The position numbers and the translations under genes are program-made. A stretch of 9,214 nucleotides of DNA, from IMG/VR virus record IMGVR_UViG_2695420793_000010; one strand, given 5' to 3'. Position 1 is the stretch's first letter, and every line of letters begins with the position of its first letter. This DNA is from a virus (taxonomy: Duplodnaviria > Heunggongvirae > Uroviricota > Caudoviricetes). Under the pieces are notes generated by a model. It did no database searches. It had not been told where the DNA came from and saw only the letters and a program-made list of their open reading frames with translations. Shown here one piece after another: positions 7,339 through 9,214 of this stretch.

Positions 7339-8622
7339 ATGGATTTCCAGTTATATTCGCTCGGCGCAGCGTTGGTGTTTCATGAAATATTTTTTCCTGA
7401 ATCATCAACGGCAATGGCGTTAATTTTGGCAATGGGAACCTACGGTGCAGGTTATGTGGCGCGTATTGTCGGAGCATTTATTTTCGGCAAAATGGGCGAC
7501 AGAATAGGGCGTAAAAAAGTGCTCTTTATTACCATCACCATGATGGGGATCTGTACCACCTTAATTGGTGTGTTACCGACCTATGCACAGATTGGTGTTT
7601 TTGCCCCCATCTTGCTGGTGACGCTGCGTATTATTCAGGGGTTGGGTGCAGGTGCGGAAATTTCCGGTGCCGGTACGATGCTGGCGGAATATGCACCAAA
7701 AGGTAAGCGCGGAATTATCTCCTCATTTGTAGCTATGGGAACTAACTGCGGAACCTTGAGCGCAACGGCAATCTGGGCCTTTATGTTCTTCATTCTCAGT
7801 AAAGAGGAACTGCTGGCGTGGGGATGGCGTATACCGTTCCTGGCGAGCGTTGTCGTGATGGTCTTTGCTATCTGGTTACGTATGAATCTGAAAGAAAGCC
7901 CGGTCTTTGAGAAGGTTAATGACAGCAACCAACCCACAGCAAAACCTGCACCTGCTGGTAGCATGTTCCAGAGCAAATCCTTCTGGCTGGCAACAGGGCT
8001 GCGTTTTGGTCAGGCGGGTAACTCCGGGTTAATTCAGACTTTCCTTGCAGGCTATTTAGTGCAGACGTTATTGTTTAACAAAGCAATTCCAACAGATGCA
8101 TTGATGATTAGTTCGATTCTCGGCTTTATGACCATTCCGTTCCTTGGTTGGTTATCCGATAAAATTGGTCGCCGGATCCCGTATATTATTATGAATACCT
8201 CCGCGATTGTGCTGGCATGGCCAATGCTTTCTATCATTGTAGATAAAAGCTATGCCCCGAGCACCATTATGATTGCACTGATTGTGATTCATAACTGTGC
8301 GGTGCTGGGATTATTTGCTCTGGAAAACATTACCATGGCAGAAATGTTCGGCTGTAAAAACCGCTTTACCCGGATGGCCATTTCTAAAGAAATTGGTGGT
8401 CTTATCGCTTCCGGTTTTGGTCCTATCCTGGCGGGTATTTTCTGCACCATGACGGAATCCTGGTATCCGATCGCCATTATGATCATGGCATATTCAGTGA
8501 TTGGTTTAATCTCTGCGCTGAAAATGCCAGAAGTGAAAGACCGTGATTTAAGTGCGCTGGAAGACGCTGCGGAAGATCAACCGCGTGTTGTAAGAGCTGC
8601 GCAACCTTCCAGAAGTCTGTAA
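7339..8622 (+). CDS. ydfJ: MFS transporter, metabolite:H+ symporter family (ProP/ShiA/KgtP-like), YdfJ-like; 5' end probably disrupted
   Basis: 427-aa ORF with MFS signature GKMGDRIGRKK between predicted TM2 and TM3 and WGWRIPF motif; aligns to ProP/ShiA starting at their W-F/Y-D-F motif, so the N-terminal segment is short; no SD before ATG 7339. Confidence 0.85.
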   Translation: MDFQLYSLGAALVFHEIFFPESSTAMALILAMGTYGAGYVARIVGAFIFGKMGDRIGRKKVLFITITMMGICTTLIGVLPTYAQIGVFAPILLVTLRIIQGLGAGAEISGAGTMLAEYAPKGKRGIISSFVAMGTNCGTLSATAIWAFMFFILSKEELLAWGWRIPFLASVVVMVFAIWLRMNLKESPVFEKVNDSNQPTAKPAPAGSMFQSKSFWLATGLRFGQAGNSGLIQTFLAGYLVQTLLFNKAIPTDALMISSILGFMTIPFLGWLSDKIGRRIPYIIMNTSAIVLAWPMLSIIVDKSYAPSTIMIALIVIHNCAVLGLFALENITMAEMFGCKNRFTRMAISKEIGGLIASGFGPILAGIFCTMTESWYPIAIMIMAYSVIGLISALKMPEVKDRDLSALEDAAEDQPRVVRAAQPSRSL

Positions 8623-8631
8623 ATCCTCAAT

Positions 8632-8662
8632 CCCTTCTCTTACCGGAGAGGGGATTTTTATT
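8632..8662 (+). terminator. Rho-independent terminator candidate after the MFS gene (cccttctc-ttaccg-gagagggg then atttttatt)
   Basis: 8-bp stem with one G-U pair, 6-nt loop, followed by a T-rich run; 10 nt after the stop codon. Confidence 0.5.
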
Positions 8663-8710
8663 CATATAACAAAACATGTAGCTTGCCATATTTAAATTTA
8701 AGGAATTGTT

Positions 8711-8805
8711 ATGGGAAATAATTTGTTATCAGCAAAAGCGACACTCCCTGTTTATGATCGTAATAACCTGGCCCCAAGAATTGTTCATTTAGGCTTTGGT
8801 GCATT
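8711..8805 (+). pseudogene. ydfI: 5' fragment of a mannitol-dehydrogenase-family oxidoreductase (YdfI/UxuB-like), cut by IS1 after about 32 codons
   Basis: [31 protein letters not shown]| matches the family N-terminus (…RIVHLGCGAFHRAHQ… in UxuB); TAAGGA RBS at 8699..8704; the frame runs into the IS1 terminal repeat at 8806. Confidence 0.6.
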
Positions 8806-9214
8806 GGTAATGACTCCAACTTACTGATAGTGTTTTATGTTCAGATAATGCCCGATGACCTTGTCATGCAGCTCCACCGATTTTGAGAACGACAGTGACT
8901 TCCGTCCCAGCCTTGCCAGATGTTGTCTCAGATTCAGGTTATGCCGCTCAATTCGCTGAGTGTAACGCTTGCTGATTACGTGCAGCTTTCCCTTCAGGCG
9001 GGATTCATACAGCGGCCAGCCATCCGTCATCCATACCACGACCTCAAAGGCCGACAGCAGGCTTAGAAGACGCTCCAGTGTGGCCAGAGTGCGTTCACCG
9101 AATACGTGCGCAACAACCGTCTTCCGGAGCCTGTCATACGCGTAAAACAGCCAGCGCTGGCGCGATTTAGCCCCGACGTATCCCCACTGTTCGTCCATTG
9201 CCGGGCAGCGACGT
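8806..9214 (-). mobile_element. IS1: IS1 (partial, continues past window end), inverted relative to the left IS1; terminal repeat ggtaatgactccaacttactgat at 8806..8828
   Basis: Terminal inverted repeat read directly; encodes the InsB C-terminal region on the minus strand; differs from the left copy at several positions. Confidence 0.9.
8821..9214 (-). CDS. insB: IS1 transposase InsB (partial; N-terminus beyond window end)
   Basis: 125-aa [40 protein letters not shown]…[13 protein letters not shown] is the InsB core and C-terminus; the frame stays open to the window edge. Confidence 0.85.
   Translation of the reverse strand, partial: RRCPAMDEQWGYVGAKSRQRWLFYAYDRLRKTVVAHVFGERTLATLERLLSLLSAFEVVVWMTDGWPLYESRLKGKLHVISKRYTQRIERHNLNLRQHLARLGRKSLSFSKSVELHDKVIGHYLNIKHYQ

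Noticed and set aside
6969-7423. ORFs 6969..7229 (minus) and 7187..7423 (plus, TTG start)
   Set aside because: The first overlaps the tfa remnant antisense; the second uses a non-ATG start and is the out-of-frame upstream region of the transporter, discussed as a frameshift instead.
7635-8486. Minus-strand ORFs inside the MFS transporter gene (7635..7976, 8052..8237, 8289..8486)
   Set aside because: Antisense shadow ORFs within a confidently assigned membrane-transporter gene.
1-9214. CRISPR arrays, tRNA or rRNA genes
   Set aside because: No regularly spaced direct repeats and no cloverleaf-like or rRNA-like conserved segments were recognised by eye.

Overview
This window is a degraded lambdoid (phage 21/lambda-like) prophage remnant next to a chromosomal MFS-transporter locus, bounded at both ends by partial IS1 copies. 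All calls rest on reading the sequence and the supplied ORF translations against remembered protein families; no searches were run. From left to right: an IS1 right end (1-127); a complete late lysis cassette (pinholin with dual start, SAR endolysin, Rz with embedded Rz1) and a convergent bor lipoprotein gene; a lambda-like cos site; a Nu1-like small terminase; a GpA-family large terminase that stops after its ATPase domain and abuts a side-tail-fibre C-terminal fragment (the whole head/tail module is deleted); an intact tfa; a 1.7 kb very AT-rich stretch with two decayed tfa 3' remnants and only small ORFs; a YdfJ-like MFS transporter with a suspicious 5' end; a YdfI-like gene start cut by a second, inverted IS1 (8806-end). 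I found no convincing multi-gene novel system. The least explained DNA is the AT-rich stretch 5606-7338, and the most reportable structural points are the IS1-bounded architecture, the orphan cos/small-terminase module and the disrupted transporter start.
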